From Podarcis cretensis (Eukaryota), in the NCBI GenBank assembly GCA_951804945.1, contig OX638150.1, forward strand, positions 82,956,001 to 83,020,000: 64,000 nt of DNA, written 5' to 3'. The translations under genes were made by a program, and so were the position numbers. Under the pieces are notes generated by a model. The model saw only the letters and a list, made by a program, of their open reading frames with translations. It was not told the DNA's origin and made no database searches. The stretch's first letter is position 1; each line of letters opens with the position of its first letter. This document shows, piece by piece, positions 28,301 through 41,700 of this stretch.

Positions 28301-29025
28301 AAATTTAAAAGAAAAACTCCTGGAGAGTTTAATTCTAGTTTATTATTGCTAGGTGGAACACACACAAACTCAGCAAATGTTGTTTCACTTAAATATAGTT
28401 TTCTGTGAGTATTCAGCTTTTGTTCAACTCTATATATTCCTTTGTAGATATATGTGATGCTTTGTAATGTATTATAGGAAAATACACACTCTTTGAAACC
28501 AGTTTTGCACTTTAAGAGAATTATAAGAAGAATGTTGTTTTCTGGTTGGACTAGATCAAGAAAGGAAGTAAATCAAAAGTCCTCAGAAAGCTTTGCTAAT
28601 AACATTGTTAGATGCTATTTAATTTCTGCATACGTAGGAACAAAATGTCAAAAGAGACCATTTATAATATTCATGGATTCTTTTAGAAACCTCTTGTCCT
28701 CCCCAGTTTCCTAGAACTCCCACATCCTATTTTACTGACATTATTTGATGTACTGAACAAAGTCACACGAGCTGTTTAGAGTGGTCCTAAAGTCTTTCAC
28801 CTCCCTCAATGAGCATTACATAGATGGCTGTGAGCCTATTGTGCCCATCCACCCAAAAACAGAACAAAAAAACCCCACAGATTTCCACTCATACAACTGG
28901 ATTTCCCCTTCTGCTCCCCCTGCAGGCCCTTGTATGCTCTGTTATGGGAGACCCTTTGGAGCAGATTTTGGGGGCTATTGGGAGCTCCATGAGAGGGAGA
29001 GGGAGAGGGAGAGGGAGAGGGAGAG

Positions 29026-29069
<44 letters not shown>

Positions 29070-30977
29070 AAGGGCAGCCCTGTGGTATTCAGGGAAGTCC
29101 ACTCATGAGACATTGGATTTCATCCTATGTGTTTACTAGATCCCATTTTCTTTCATGGCCTGTTTTTATAATGATTCAAAAGGACACAGAAGGATTCATT
29201 TGTGTAAACATGTATATGCTGCAGTGATACGTATCTCATTCAAAAAGAGCATTTGAACTAAAGCCTTGTGTGGACCATTAGTAAACACATAAACTCCTTT
29301 ATGTGCAGCACCCCCCTTATTTTGCTCAGCGGTACATACCTTTCTGTTCCATTTAAATGAATGGGTATCCTGTTTCTGCAAGGAATCTATGACCACACAA
29401 AATGTACATACTAATTGTAGAACAGGGATCCAGGAGGATATGCGTTGATATTCCTAGCTAAAGGACTGTGTAAAGACTGTGAGATCTGTTCAGATAGTAT
29501 TCAAAACAAGTTCCTGGGCTTTCAGAATCCTTTAATCCAGTTGGTGGATCTCAGGATTCTAGTACAAAGTAGGTCCTGCAAGGCAGATATCTTCCTACAT
29601 GGCTCTGTGTTACTTACCTTGTCTTCTGCCTCTCTTTAATTACTAGATCTCATGCATTCCTTGTTTAGGAGGGAAATGTGGAATGAATTCCAGCAACAAT
29701 AAATGATACAAGACAGATTGGCAAATGATGTAATCTTCCTTCCTTGTTTTTGTTCATGACAGCAGTTTTTTAAATGGGAAAAAGTGGATGTTTCCCTTCC
29801 TCACATCACTGCACATCTCTGGCTCATTACCATACACAATCATTCCAATGGTAAGTGCACAGATAAATAAAACTGTGAGGCCAGGGAGCTCACTACATTA
29901 TATGCATTCCGTGGGTTTTTAGGGTCCTGATTTTTATTTTTATTTTAATCTGGATCCTTCAGCATGGTTTCATATCAGCACAGCAATAGAAGGAACTTAA
30001 AAGCTATCTCCATTTTCTCATTTATTTGAAGGATATGAACATATATCCTGATTAGCTTGTGTATGCTGTGCAGGTCAGAGGTGCTTGTGGGATGAAGAGC
30101 AACTTAATTGCAATGAACTCAAATGATAAACTAATAACCAGTAGTAAATAATGATATAAAATTCCCATTTAATGATTTATTTATCTTTAGTGGTGCAGTG
30201 ATTACTGGAATGGTTTGTTACGGTGGGAAAATTGTAAATGTGAATGGGCCAGAAGTCACTATGTGTATGAAGGAAATTTGCTCTCAGATCATACTGGGAC
30301 TATGAAGATTTTTAAAAATGATGTGTTAGCCATGCAATAGGAGGAGGTATTGTGAAATACATTCCCCTTTGGAGGGAACTAGAAAAACTGGCTAACATGT
30401 GTAGTAAGTGTATTATACAAAAAGTCAAGTTAAAGCTCTCTAACAATTCTTCATTTCAGCCATATTTTGATTGATATATTTGCTGACTTGAACTTTATAA
30501 CTGAATCATCTTGTTGAGATTCTGTTCCCTGCCAGGTTTACACAAATTAGAAAGGGGGGACCTGTGACCTTGCACAGGTTGTTGGACTACAACTCCCATC
30601 ACTTGTGCCACTTGGGGCTGATAGGAGTTGGAGCCTAACATCAATCTGGAGGGTTCAGCATTCCTGACATCAATAACACTTTGAATTGTGATCATTGTCA
30701 ATTAAGTTGACATTCTCTTGATCAAGTCTTCAAGAAGAAAGCTAGTGTTGACCTTCAGAGGAGTGCAGTAAGTTTAAATTAGCCACAGAATCTTCCAAAC
30801 CCTATGGATAAACAAAGGTGAGTGCAGCTCAAATCATCTGAGCAGCTTTCCTTATAGATACTTGTGCTGGTGATGAACTATGTAAGATCAGACATTAGAT
30901 GGCAGCATAGCACTGCCATGTATAATCAACCATTGACATAGCCTTCACTGGAATCTGAGCAGGCAGAGCCATTATTC

Positions 30978-31012
<35 letters not shown>

Positions 31013-31296
31013 ATATGCATGTTTTGAATATGTTGTGTTTATGTAAAAAGTGAAAGTTAAGACTTGTATTGAATGTGTTTCTCTTTACTGCAAAACACAG
31101 TATTATTAAAATGCAGAAACAAAGCCCCACTGGCATAAAATCATATATGGCAACAAGGAAACAGAAACTCTATATGTTTCACTTTCTGCTACATTTGAAA
31201 GCTCTGTTTGGCTGCAGCATGGAAATATTAACAGGAAATGTTTCCACGGTCCAAAGAAGCAGCCTTGAAAAAATGCATATACTTAAAACGCACAGA

Positions 31297-31343
<47 letters not shown>

Positions 31344-31603
31344 CACAACGGGAAAGCTAGTAGGCGTCAGAGAGACAAAAAAGGAAAAACACCAGCCACA
31401 ATTCAAAACACAATACTAATGACTCCTCTTGTATTACAGATTAGAATATATAGTAATACTGTGTAATACAGAGCACAGGAAACATCCTCAAATTAATTCC
31501 ATTTGTTCTCATTGTGTGTCTTAAAAACATAAAATTCTGATCTTAATACACACACACATATATATATTATTTGTAAAAAAGAAAATACATTCTTAGGTGT
31601 GTG

Positions 31604-31649
<46 letters not shown>

Positions 31650-34600
31650 GACTGTGTTTTGTTACCCTACATCATGATATAGTATCATTCACAGAGACAT
31701 TCTCACATGCTGAATGTCAGCTGGGCTGCTGAGTCCAGCCACTTCAGTCAGTAACTTAGTTTTTCTTTTTAGTGAGTGAAAGTCACTCAGTAATTTAATT
31801 GACACCTCTAAAATTGTCGAGACTCTTCCTAAAACTTTGAAGAGCATTGCCATCCCCTAGTTCCTCTCCCCCAAGTGATGAAAAAGAAATTGGGCTGAAT
31901 GAAGGCTTATAAGGGAGTAACTGCTCTGAGAGACCCAATCAATTTAGAATTTGGGCAGAATAATCCCAGTTTGTGCTGCTCGCTATGGTTAGGAGGTGTT
32001 CTCCTGACAGGCCTCAACAGCAGTGGGCTGCACCACTGCAGAGGCCCTTGCCAAAGGTGGTATTTCAAGCAGCAGTAACCAGCAGTAGGTCCTCAGAGTG
32101 ATTTGAGGGAGAGGTCAGAGCTGGGCTGGCAATGGATCAAAGCAAACACAGTTCCTGGAGAGGAGTCTAATTTTGGACCCCTGAGCTGCAGCAGCCTGAA
32201 GCTGGCACAGCAAAATAGGTACAGCATCTCTTCCCTCACCTTCTGCCTTAGCCAGCAGGAGCCAACAGCAATGAATCTGCCACTGCACACCCTTGCTCCT
32301 GTTAGAACTGCCCCCTTAAAAGCCTACACTATTTGGGCTTTCAGTGTGAGCACATATACACTCAGATTTTCAGTGGTTTTCACAAGCTACCTGGCAAGCT
32401 GTCCTGTGGACCAGCAGTGGTGTTCTGTGCTTGGACCATCCAAAACTCCTCATCAAGAAATGAGCTGCCTTGTTCTCATCCATAGGAACCTTCTAACCAT
32501 TCTTTAACATTTGTTCCATGTAAAGTGCCTTGTTGTGGTAGATGCAATGATGCCAGCTCTATAGCCAAGTTTGTGTACACGATCTTTCTCCCTTGGTTAT
32601 AGATGTTTCAGCCACCATGTATCAGCATGGACATTGCAAGTGGGACAAAATTAAGCCCATACTGTATAAATAACATTGGAAGTGTTTTAAATTAAAATGC
32701 CAACTATGTTCAGGATATTTCTCCTCATACTGTCAAAATTTTTCAATGGACTGAGAAATAAATCCAGCTGAAACAAATGGGACTTAATTCAGATGCATTC
32801 TGATCCAAATAGTGTGCTAGTATAAATCAGGGGCAATTAAAAGTTTACCGCCTCTGAATATGGAATTTTGGCTCTCATAACTATTGAAATCAGTGCGCCT
32901 TTTCAGTAAAATCTGGTTTCAGTTGAGGTGTAAGTTTCTCAGTTTGCTTATTGGAGTTATACAGCTTTAAACTTATTTCTATGGGACTATTCGCTCTAAT
33001 AAAGTTTAATAGCATGTGTAAATGCTTCCAGTTCTGAGTCGTAGCCAATTTCATGTTGATACCGCATTAAGACGTTGGTCTTGAAAAAGCAGTTGATCCG
33101 CTACTTTCGGGTTGAGGGACCTGTTGCCCTCCTAGTGTGGCTAGTAAAATGGTTCCAAATGGAACAGAATAGTAAATATGAGCATACTCCAAGGTTTGAC
33201 ATAAACACAATTTGAGAGACAATAAAATATGAACCTTCCTTGGAATGCGTTAAATGTAATCTTGTTGTATAGGATAGATCTCAATATTGTGCTATTACAG
33301 ACACTCCATCTGTGCAAGCATTTCAGCTTGCCAGGTACAATCATCAGCCCTTTCTTTCCCCTACACACTGCTCTGAGGGTTCTCCTGACCCCTCCAGACC
33401 CAATTTTGGTTGTGCAGCGGAAGAGAGGGAAGCCATTTTACATAAGTTTGTGCAGGCGAAAACTGCTCCAAGAGTATATTTGTAAGAAAGTTGTTCCACA
33501 AGAGTGTAGCAAGGAAAATTCACCAGTCATTCTTTGGAAATCATTTGAACTTGCTTCCGAGTAAATGTGATTATTGTTGAGCTTTTAGGATTTTGAACTA
33601 TTTCTGTAAACTGCTTGAAGCTTTACTAAAATCAAGTCGTATATAAATGTTAACTCCAATCCATGACTCCAGTACTATGATTGTCCAAGAGCAAAGTGGT
33701 GTGTGTTCTCCCTGCCTACTTAAATGTATCAAAGGTCTTGGGGATAATAAAGTAACACATTTCAGCTTAATAATTTAGTTTGCCGGGGGGATGCAAAGTG
33801 AGGGGGAGACTCCTTGGTCCTGAACAGGATAACTGTTCCCCTGAAAGACCAGGTGCACGGCCTGGGAGTCATTTTGGACTCACAGCTGTCAGTTCTGTGT
33901 CCAGGGCAGCTGTTTATCAGCTCCATCTGATATGCAGGCTGAGACCCTACCTGCCTGCAGACTGTCTCACCCAAGTGGTGCATGCCCTGGTTATCTCCTG
34001 CTTGGACTACTGCAATGGGGCTGCCTTTGAAAGTGACTCAGAAACTACAACTAATCTTGAATGCAGCAGCTAGACTGGTGACTGGGAGTGGCCATCGGGA
34101 CCATATAACACTGGCCCTAAAAGATCTTCACTGACTGCCAGTATGTTTCTGAGCACAATTCAAAGTGTTGGTGCTGATCTTCAAAGCCCTAAATGACTTT
34201 GGCCCAGCATACCTGATGGAGTGTCTCCACCCCCATCACTCAGCCTGGACACAGAGGTCCTCCTCCAAGGGTCTTCTGCTGGTTCCCTCACTGCGAGAAG
34301 CAAAGTAACAGGGAACCAGGCAGAGGGCCTTCTCAGTAGTGACACCCTCCCTTCAGATGTCAAAGAGATAATTTTAGAAGACATCTGAAGGCAGCCATGT
34401 ATTGGGAGGTTTTTAACGCTTGGTGTTTTTATTATGTTTTTAGATATGCTTAAAGCCACCCAAGGTGGCTGGGGAAACCCAGCCAGATGGGTGGGGTATA
34501 AATAATAAATAATAATAATAATAAATGTTATTTGTTATTATTTTACAGCAGGCTGTTGAACTTTCATTTTCTGAAAAGAATCTCATCAGCTGTTGTACTT

Positions 34601-35661
34601 TGTTTTGTTTATAGGCACCAGTGCTGGATTGAGAAACATCATGGATCAGACACAATTTAATTTAGGAATGTAATGTTAGCATTATATTATCAAAACATAA
34701 GCGAGATAAAGACATTGAGAATCTACCACAGGGTTTGATTCCCCCCCTCCCAAAAAATGGTATTTTTAAAAATTGAAATAGAGATTCAAACCACACACCA
34801 GGTTTTCCATGCGTTGTTAAGAGCTTCTATAAGAGGAAAATAGCCCCCTGCTGCCACTTGGCTCCAGAATCTGGGGTATACTCTTTTTCCCATTGACATT
34901 GGTGCCCACATATGCTAAGAACACTGACTCCTGGTCAGTACCCTCTTTCATCAATTTATCAAAACATTTCATGATGCCCACCAACCTTCACACCTGCATG
35001 CCAAAACCCTGTGATTTCAATGAGCAAATCTGCTACTAGGAGCACTCTAACCCAGAAGCATATAATTGATGAAAGGATATCAGCTCATCGCCATAGCTAG
35101 TTTCTTACTTTTTCAAGCATTAGGCCCACTTACTCCACACTAGCACTGCATACAGGCCATTAACACCAGTATATTATCTCTTTTAACAATATGTATTTTC
35201 CATCAAGGAAGATCTCCATATTAACAGTTTAGCCAGGTCAGGTACCATTTGCACTGAGCTCTCTGCATTTGCCCTGCATGAAAATAATCATGCAGTTTGC
35301 TTCTAGTCCCACTCCTCTTCAATTGCTTATTCTTACGACCACAAGCATGGACAGTTTAACTCAGCTGTTTCTTTGCAAGCCACATGATCTCACACTTATT
35401 TCTAGTCACGTAGGATAGCTCAGTGCAAATGAAACTTTCCTTTACTTACAGGCAAACTACAACTCATGTACATAATAAGAACACAAATTCCCAATATTAG
35501 TTCAGATTTGATGACAGTGTTGGTTTCATTTTTGTAGTAATCCTATATTCTACAAAATCCTATTTGTTCTTCTTTCAAAAGGAAGTTAACATGAAAAATA
35601 TTCACAAAATCATAACTGCCCTTATACAATTGTTTTCATCATTGGCCTTGATAAAGGAAGT

Positions 35662-35707
<46 letters not shown>

Positions 35708-38700
35708 CGAAAGATAAAAACTTTCCCCTAAATACGATGGCAGTTTTGTACCCAAAGCAAGTTGCTGAGTTTAAGTTACCGGTAAATGTTAACAGCCACA
35801 ATGCATTGTATGTAGCAAAAAAGACCCGGTGTATTTAAAGATTGCTAAACCAGTATTAAGACTTTCATAGCTGTAAATTCTGGGAAAATTTGTTTCTCCT
35901 AATATAGAAAAACAGAGAAATCCAATTCTCAGAGGAAACATTAATGCCCCACTTAAACGGTGTTAGCCTTTCATAAGCAGCAAATCTCATTTCTCTCTGG
36001 GGAGTCCTGCCTGAAAACTAAGATAACCTACACTTACCCTTGCTTTTTCAGAGACTCCATAAAACTCTACAGCTGTAGCTGACAGTGGAATATTTAAATG
36101 ATTTGAACAGTGTAAATGCCTTGTGTTCATTTAAATAACTGAAGAGTTCAATTACTTGAATGTCAACAATTATTCCTGTCAGAGTTTACATGTTAAAAAA
36201 GAAAGAGCATCTGAATCCCTGTGAGGGCATTAAATTGCTATCTAATTAGCAATCCTAAATTACATATATTAAAAAGATAATTAACAGTTTGAATGCCTTG
36301 CTGGAAAAACCAGTTGCACATACAAATGAAATGCAAGAAATTTGGTAGTAAGATACTTGCAGTTTACTTTGCTTCTTTACTTTCAACTTTGACGTTAGGT
36401 AGAAACAAGCTCACCGAGTTTTAAGTCTGGTAATGTTGAAATGATGGCAGATGGTTTAAATTATTTCCACTCTAAGAAGATATAATTATAAGCAGCTGTC
36501 AGTTTTACATAATCCTGAATGATAAGGTCTTAAGAATGCAAATTAAATCCTAAATTAAGAGGGTTTGCCGTGGAAAGAATCAAGTACATGTCACACTACT
36601 AATCTGCTTGTATGTGGTTGATCTGATCTGAAGGTATTGTTTACCCAGTCTTTATAGGTACATAAAGATCTGTGCACTATTTTCTCTGTCATTAATTTAG
36701 ACCAGGGGTAGCCAGTGTGGTACCCTCCAAATTTTATTTAGCTCCTATCATCCCTGGTTATGCTGGCCGAGGCTGTTGGGCATTGGAGTCCAATGGTAGC
36801 TGGATGGCACCATGTTGTCTACCCCTTATTTTGATCAATACTTCTTAAAGCCTTGTAGTAAGGAAGCCCCTTTTAGTCATGCTTGATCCATTTGGCTCTC
36901 CAGAAATACAAAGCAGAGGGCAGATTCTCTATTTCATATGACAAAAATACCACAAGGCATTTTACCACAAGATCCAAGTGCTTCAAGCTATTCCATACAG
37001 CTGCCTTTTCACGTTGTGAAAGTAGTATTTACCACGTTTGGGGGGGGGGACTTTTGAAAAGCAGCAAGTTCCAGCTGTACTGAGGACTGACTTTATCTCC
37101 TCAGAAGTAGCATGAGAGGACAGCCAAGGTAAAAATACAGATACCTCAGCTGTATAATCTGTCTATAGCAAAGGTTCTCAGAAAGAATGGGGCTTTGAGG
37201 GCCTTTAGACTCCAGGCTTGTGGGATCTGCTCTGCTTTTAGTTAGTTTTTTTACTAGAACCCCAAGATCCACCAATGGGAGTCAGAACAGTAATGGGGGT
37301 GTCAACATATTCTTAGAATTAAGTAACAGAGTGCCTCTGAGCGTATTCTCATAGTCCTGTCACACACAAATCCTACCCCAACAAACTTTATCTCAGCAGC
37401 CTAATTTAGAAGGGTGTCGTTATTGTTATTATCAGTGTTGTTGCTGACAGTCAGAATCCTTGTTGATATGCTGTAAATCAGTCTGAGATCTAGTGGAAGC
37501 TGATCTATCTTCTGTCTAGCCAGGGCATTCTGATCTACCTTCTGCTTCAAAGTTATCCAAAGCTGAAAATATCTACGGGAGAGGTGGGTGAAGTTCCAAT
37601 AGCAGTGGCGTAGCGTGGGTTGTCAGCACCCGGGGCAAGGCAAGTAATTTGCGCCCCCTAACCCATGGATTTGCACCCCCTAACCGTGGATTTGCGCCCC
37701 CTAACCCTAACCCCCAGATGTTGCGCCTGGTGCGACCGGCCCCCCCCTGCACCCCCCATGCTACGCCACTGTCCAGTAGCTCCCATTATCAGTTGCATTG
37801 GTGGATTCCTTACAATACTTGCATTGTTATGATTAGGTAGGTTTGATGTATTAGGACAAAGACTTGCCTGAGGAGGGATTAGTCAGCTTCTTTTCATACA
37901 TTCATATATTCATGCACTCCTCCTTTGCAGGTGGTTGGACTAGATTACTCTCAGGTTCCCTTCCAACTCTACAATTCTATAATTCTGTGGTACCAACAGC
38001 TGTTTATATCTTTTTAGAAGACTTTTTCACTTTGAGAACCAGAGCTTTAGATGTGTTCTGTGTTATTTGTAACATAAGCATGTACGGGGGGAGGGCGGAT
38101 GAGAAATCAAAATTTTCTCATACGTTACATTGCTAGGGGATTCTTTCAGGGCTGTACATCTTTATTTGCTTCCCTTTTTCCCCCTGTGTGAAAGCTGAGG
38201 TTTATTCCCCCACCCACTGCCCCTCCTTTTATGTGACATAGTTAAGGGTTGGTTTTTTTTCATTGCATTATGGGTTGGAAATTTTACTGCATGGCAGATT
38301 GCTACTGCCAGCTGGCATGGACATCCAATCCAAAATAACTGGTCTTCATTGCCAACCATAATCTAAGAATTTCTGGATTAAAATCTTAAATTATAGCTTT
38401 GGTCTGCAGCTCTTTCTTTGGAAAGGGAGAGAAAAGGTTAGCTCTTATTCTCTTATAAGAAAGCAAAGAAAGTCACACTTTTGTTTAATCTTAATCTTGG
38501 GAGTTTGCTTTTACAAGGACCCTTTTATGAGTGAACACATTTCAAATGCTTTACAAATTCAGGGCCCAGCAGGGCTCAGTAAAGGATCATGCTCAGCTAC
38601 AAAATAAATGCAGCTCACATGATACTAGGATTGCAGGAAACCAGGGTTTTTTTTTAAGCAAATTAAATAAAAAAAGCTTAAAAGCCTGCCAGTGGAGATT

Positions 38701-41700
38701 TAAACTGAGAGCCCGTGCTGCTCCCAGATACATCCCCAGGGGGAGAGTTGTACGTATGCCAACTTAATTCTTCCTCTGGGAATTTAACTCTGATAAATGG
38801 AGCAGAGAGGTAGTTTTGTAAACTCCAAAGGCTGAAGCCTAACTTCCATTCTAATAATGAAACCCAACACTGGGTGGGGTTCCCTAGGCTAGACTTGTCA
38901 CGTGATATTTCTGCCTTACCTTGTTAAGTGCTCACTCGCTAAGAAAGTATGTTGTCTAGAGCCAAGGATATTAGCAAACTGGATTTGCATGTTGCTTTTA
39001 AAATGTTACTCTCCCCCTCCCCCTCCCCATCTCCCTATTACATGCTTGAGTCATTTGGATATTTGAACTAAACAAATTCCTTATCCCACTGGCAACACCT
39101 GGCAGTGTTGCGTGCCCTTTTTAACTTCTGCTTCTTCCATCGATGCAGGGGAACAAGATCCAGCAGAGGTTCCTGCTGCAGGAAGATGGGGGGTACCTTC
39201 CCACTGTAGCCCGCTTTCTTCAGGAAGGGTTCCCAACTCTCTGGGGAAGCTTTCCAAAAAGAGGGGGGAAATGGTGAAAATCCCCTCTCCTTTCCCCGCA
39301 ATGGGATTATTCTGTGAGTGAAGTTTGAAGCAGAAGTAGAGCACTGCTGAAATCAAACCACAGGCCTATCACGTCCAAGATCCTATGTCTCTCTCTGTGG
39401 CAAGGCAGATGACTTTGGGAAGTCAACGATCAGGACATGCAGGCAATAATAGCCCTCTCCCACGGTTGTTCCCCAGTGCCTGGACATCAACTATCTGGAT
39501 TCAAGCCAATCTGTTTTATTTATATTAACTTGATTTACACCCTGCATTACTTATAACAACTTGAGTAAATCATCAGAGCAACAATGCAAGATAAAAGAAA
39601 GAGAAAAACTGAGATAGAATTAATTATAAAAGCATGTTAACAATAAGAAAAGCAATATTAACGTATCGGCAACGTGCCAGATTAAACCTGTAACAGTTAC
39701 CCAAAAGCCTTCCAAAAACAAGGAGTTTCAGTGCTTTCCCATGTTTGTTATGGGTTTCATACGTGTTCCATTAGGCTGGTACTGCTATAAGCATGCCAAT
39801 GCTGTCAGCCTCCTCCCTTGGGCAGCTCATAGTGGCTGCTAGAAAGTGGGCAAGGAGGAGGGAAGGGTGCCACCACTGAGGCCCAGCCCTACGTCCCATG
39901 CCAGCTCTGAGGGGCAGACAGAGGAAGAAAGGGGGAGCGGATCACAAGGAGTCTTGATTTTTTTATTTTAAAAAATGCTTTGTGCGTCTGCATTTAATCT
40001 TGCTCCTTTCTAAAATTTATTTATTTGTATGTTTTTATTTTTGTAAATCTACCAAAGAATAAAACAAAATCTCAGGACAGTGGAGGGTGTGTAGTGGTGG
40101 AGGAAATGCTCGGGGGAGGGGGGAGATGACAAAAATGGGGGGGGGGTTGAGGAGGGTCAGTTGCGGGAGGGAGAAAGAAATGTCCCTATTTTCTTCTGAG
40201 GAATGTTGGAGGGTATGTAATACCTCAAGAGGATTAGAGTGAGATTCAGAGGACAATCCAAGTTTTCCTTATGCCAGGCTGTGGAAGAGGTTGGATTGAG
40301 TGGAAGTCTCCCCCTACGCAGCTCTGCTGTCTGAGCAGGCCTGCTGCCATATATGAGGGTAGGCAAGAGTACTGGTTATACCAATGTCTGCAGAGCCCAG
40401 AGAAAAGGCCCCAAAATGTGCTGTTCTGAGAGTGAAGGAGGTGGCAGTTTGCTGTCTCTTAAGCAAGTTTCACTGCTGTTGGGTGATGGCCTGAAGCCTG
40501 ATTCAAACCCAATCACTATGCTAGCCTGGAGCTTGTGAAGGAGCAGGTCTGAATGGTCTTCCCCCTCTTCCATTGCAGTGGAGCTGTAGCTGTAGTAAAT
40601 ATTTCCGCCACTCTGCAGAACCCTGCTGGTGTGGAGTGGGGAGGCTGTATTTTGCCCTAAATGTGGAAATGTTCTGAAACATGCCGGCCAAAATAAAAAT
40701 GTTCAGAAGATCCTACAATCCTCAGAAATTTAGCCCTCTCTCACGTCTGTGTGAAAAAAGGTAAAAATGTTTATAGATTGCCACACTGAGGTTATAGAAT
40801 CCATTGTGCAATGCAGCTGTGAACAAAGCGTGTGTGCTTAAAAGAATTTAACACATTTTCCTGAAGCAAACAATTCCTCAGAGTAATGCTGGCAGAATTT
40901 GTATAGGCAGTTAGATTTTTGGCAGAATTCATAGCTTGGTGCCAGAAAAGAGTTTTTCAGATGGATGTCTTTCTGTGGATTTTGTACAGCCTTAGTTTTA
41001 ACACCGAGTAATACAGAATAACTAACTGTGTGCACTTGAGATGTACTCATAACAGAATGCATTGATTTATTTTCTTGGGTGAGCTCACAACATTTCATTG
41101 TAGGTATTAGCTTTAACCCATAACAAGGTGTTTTTTCAGGGTCTCTCAGTTGTGATGTGCAGCAGGGGGCAGGATTTTCCCACATTACAGGAACACATTT
41201 GTCATCATGTGGTGCTTATTTTAAAATGTGAGATTTACAGTGTTACCATATTAGTGATAAAAACAAATAGCATGTCTCTATTAGTGTGCCTCTTGTGTTC
41301 TCCCACCCATCTGCCCCCGTGAAAGGGTTGATAAACTACAGTATCAGCAGATATTAACACCAAACTTCCTAGGAATAGGGCCTTATCTTGTTTAAAGAGA
41401 AATATATAAACGTTTTGTTGATAACACTTTAGGAAATATCACTTCCTGCATGGCTGCAAGAATTATTTCAGGATGTATTTTATAAACTTTGAGAGTACGA
41501 CTTGCATACTTTCCATATGGTGTAGTAGCTGGTAGTCTAATGTATCTGTGGTGTTCATACAAAGCAATTTTCTTTTATTAGGTGTCCAAGTTTATTTGTC
41601 CCCGATTCCTCGGTGTCAAGGGTACACTGACAATTGCTGTGCTTACAATCTGTGAAAAGGGCACGTTCTGATGAAAGGAAATCCATTCTGGAGCCCCAAA

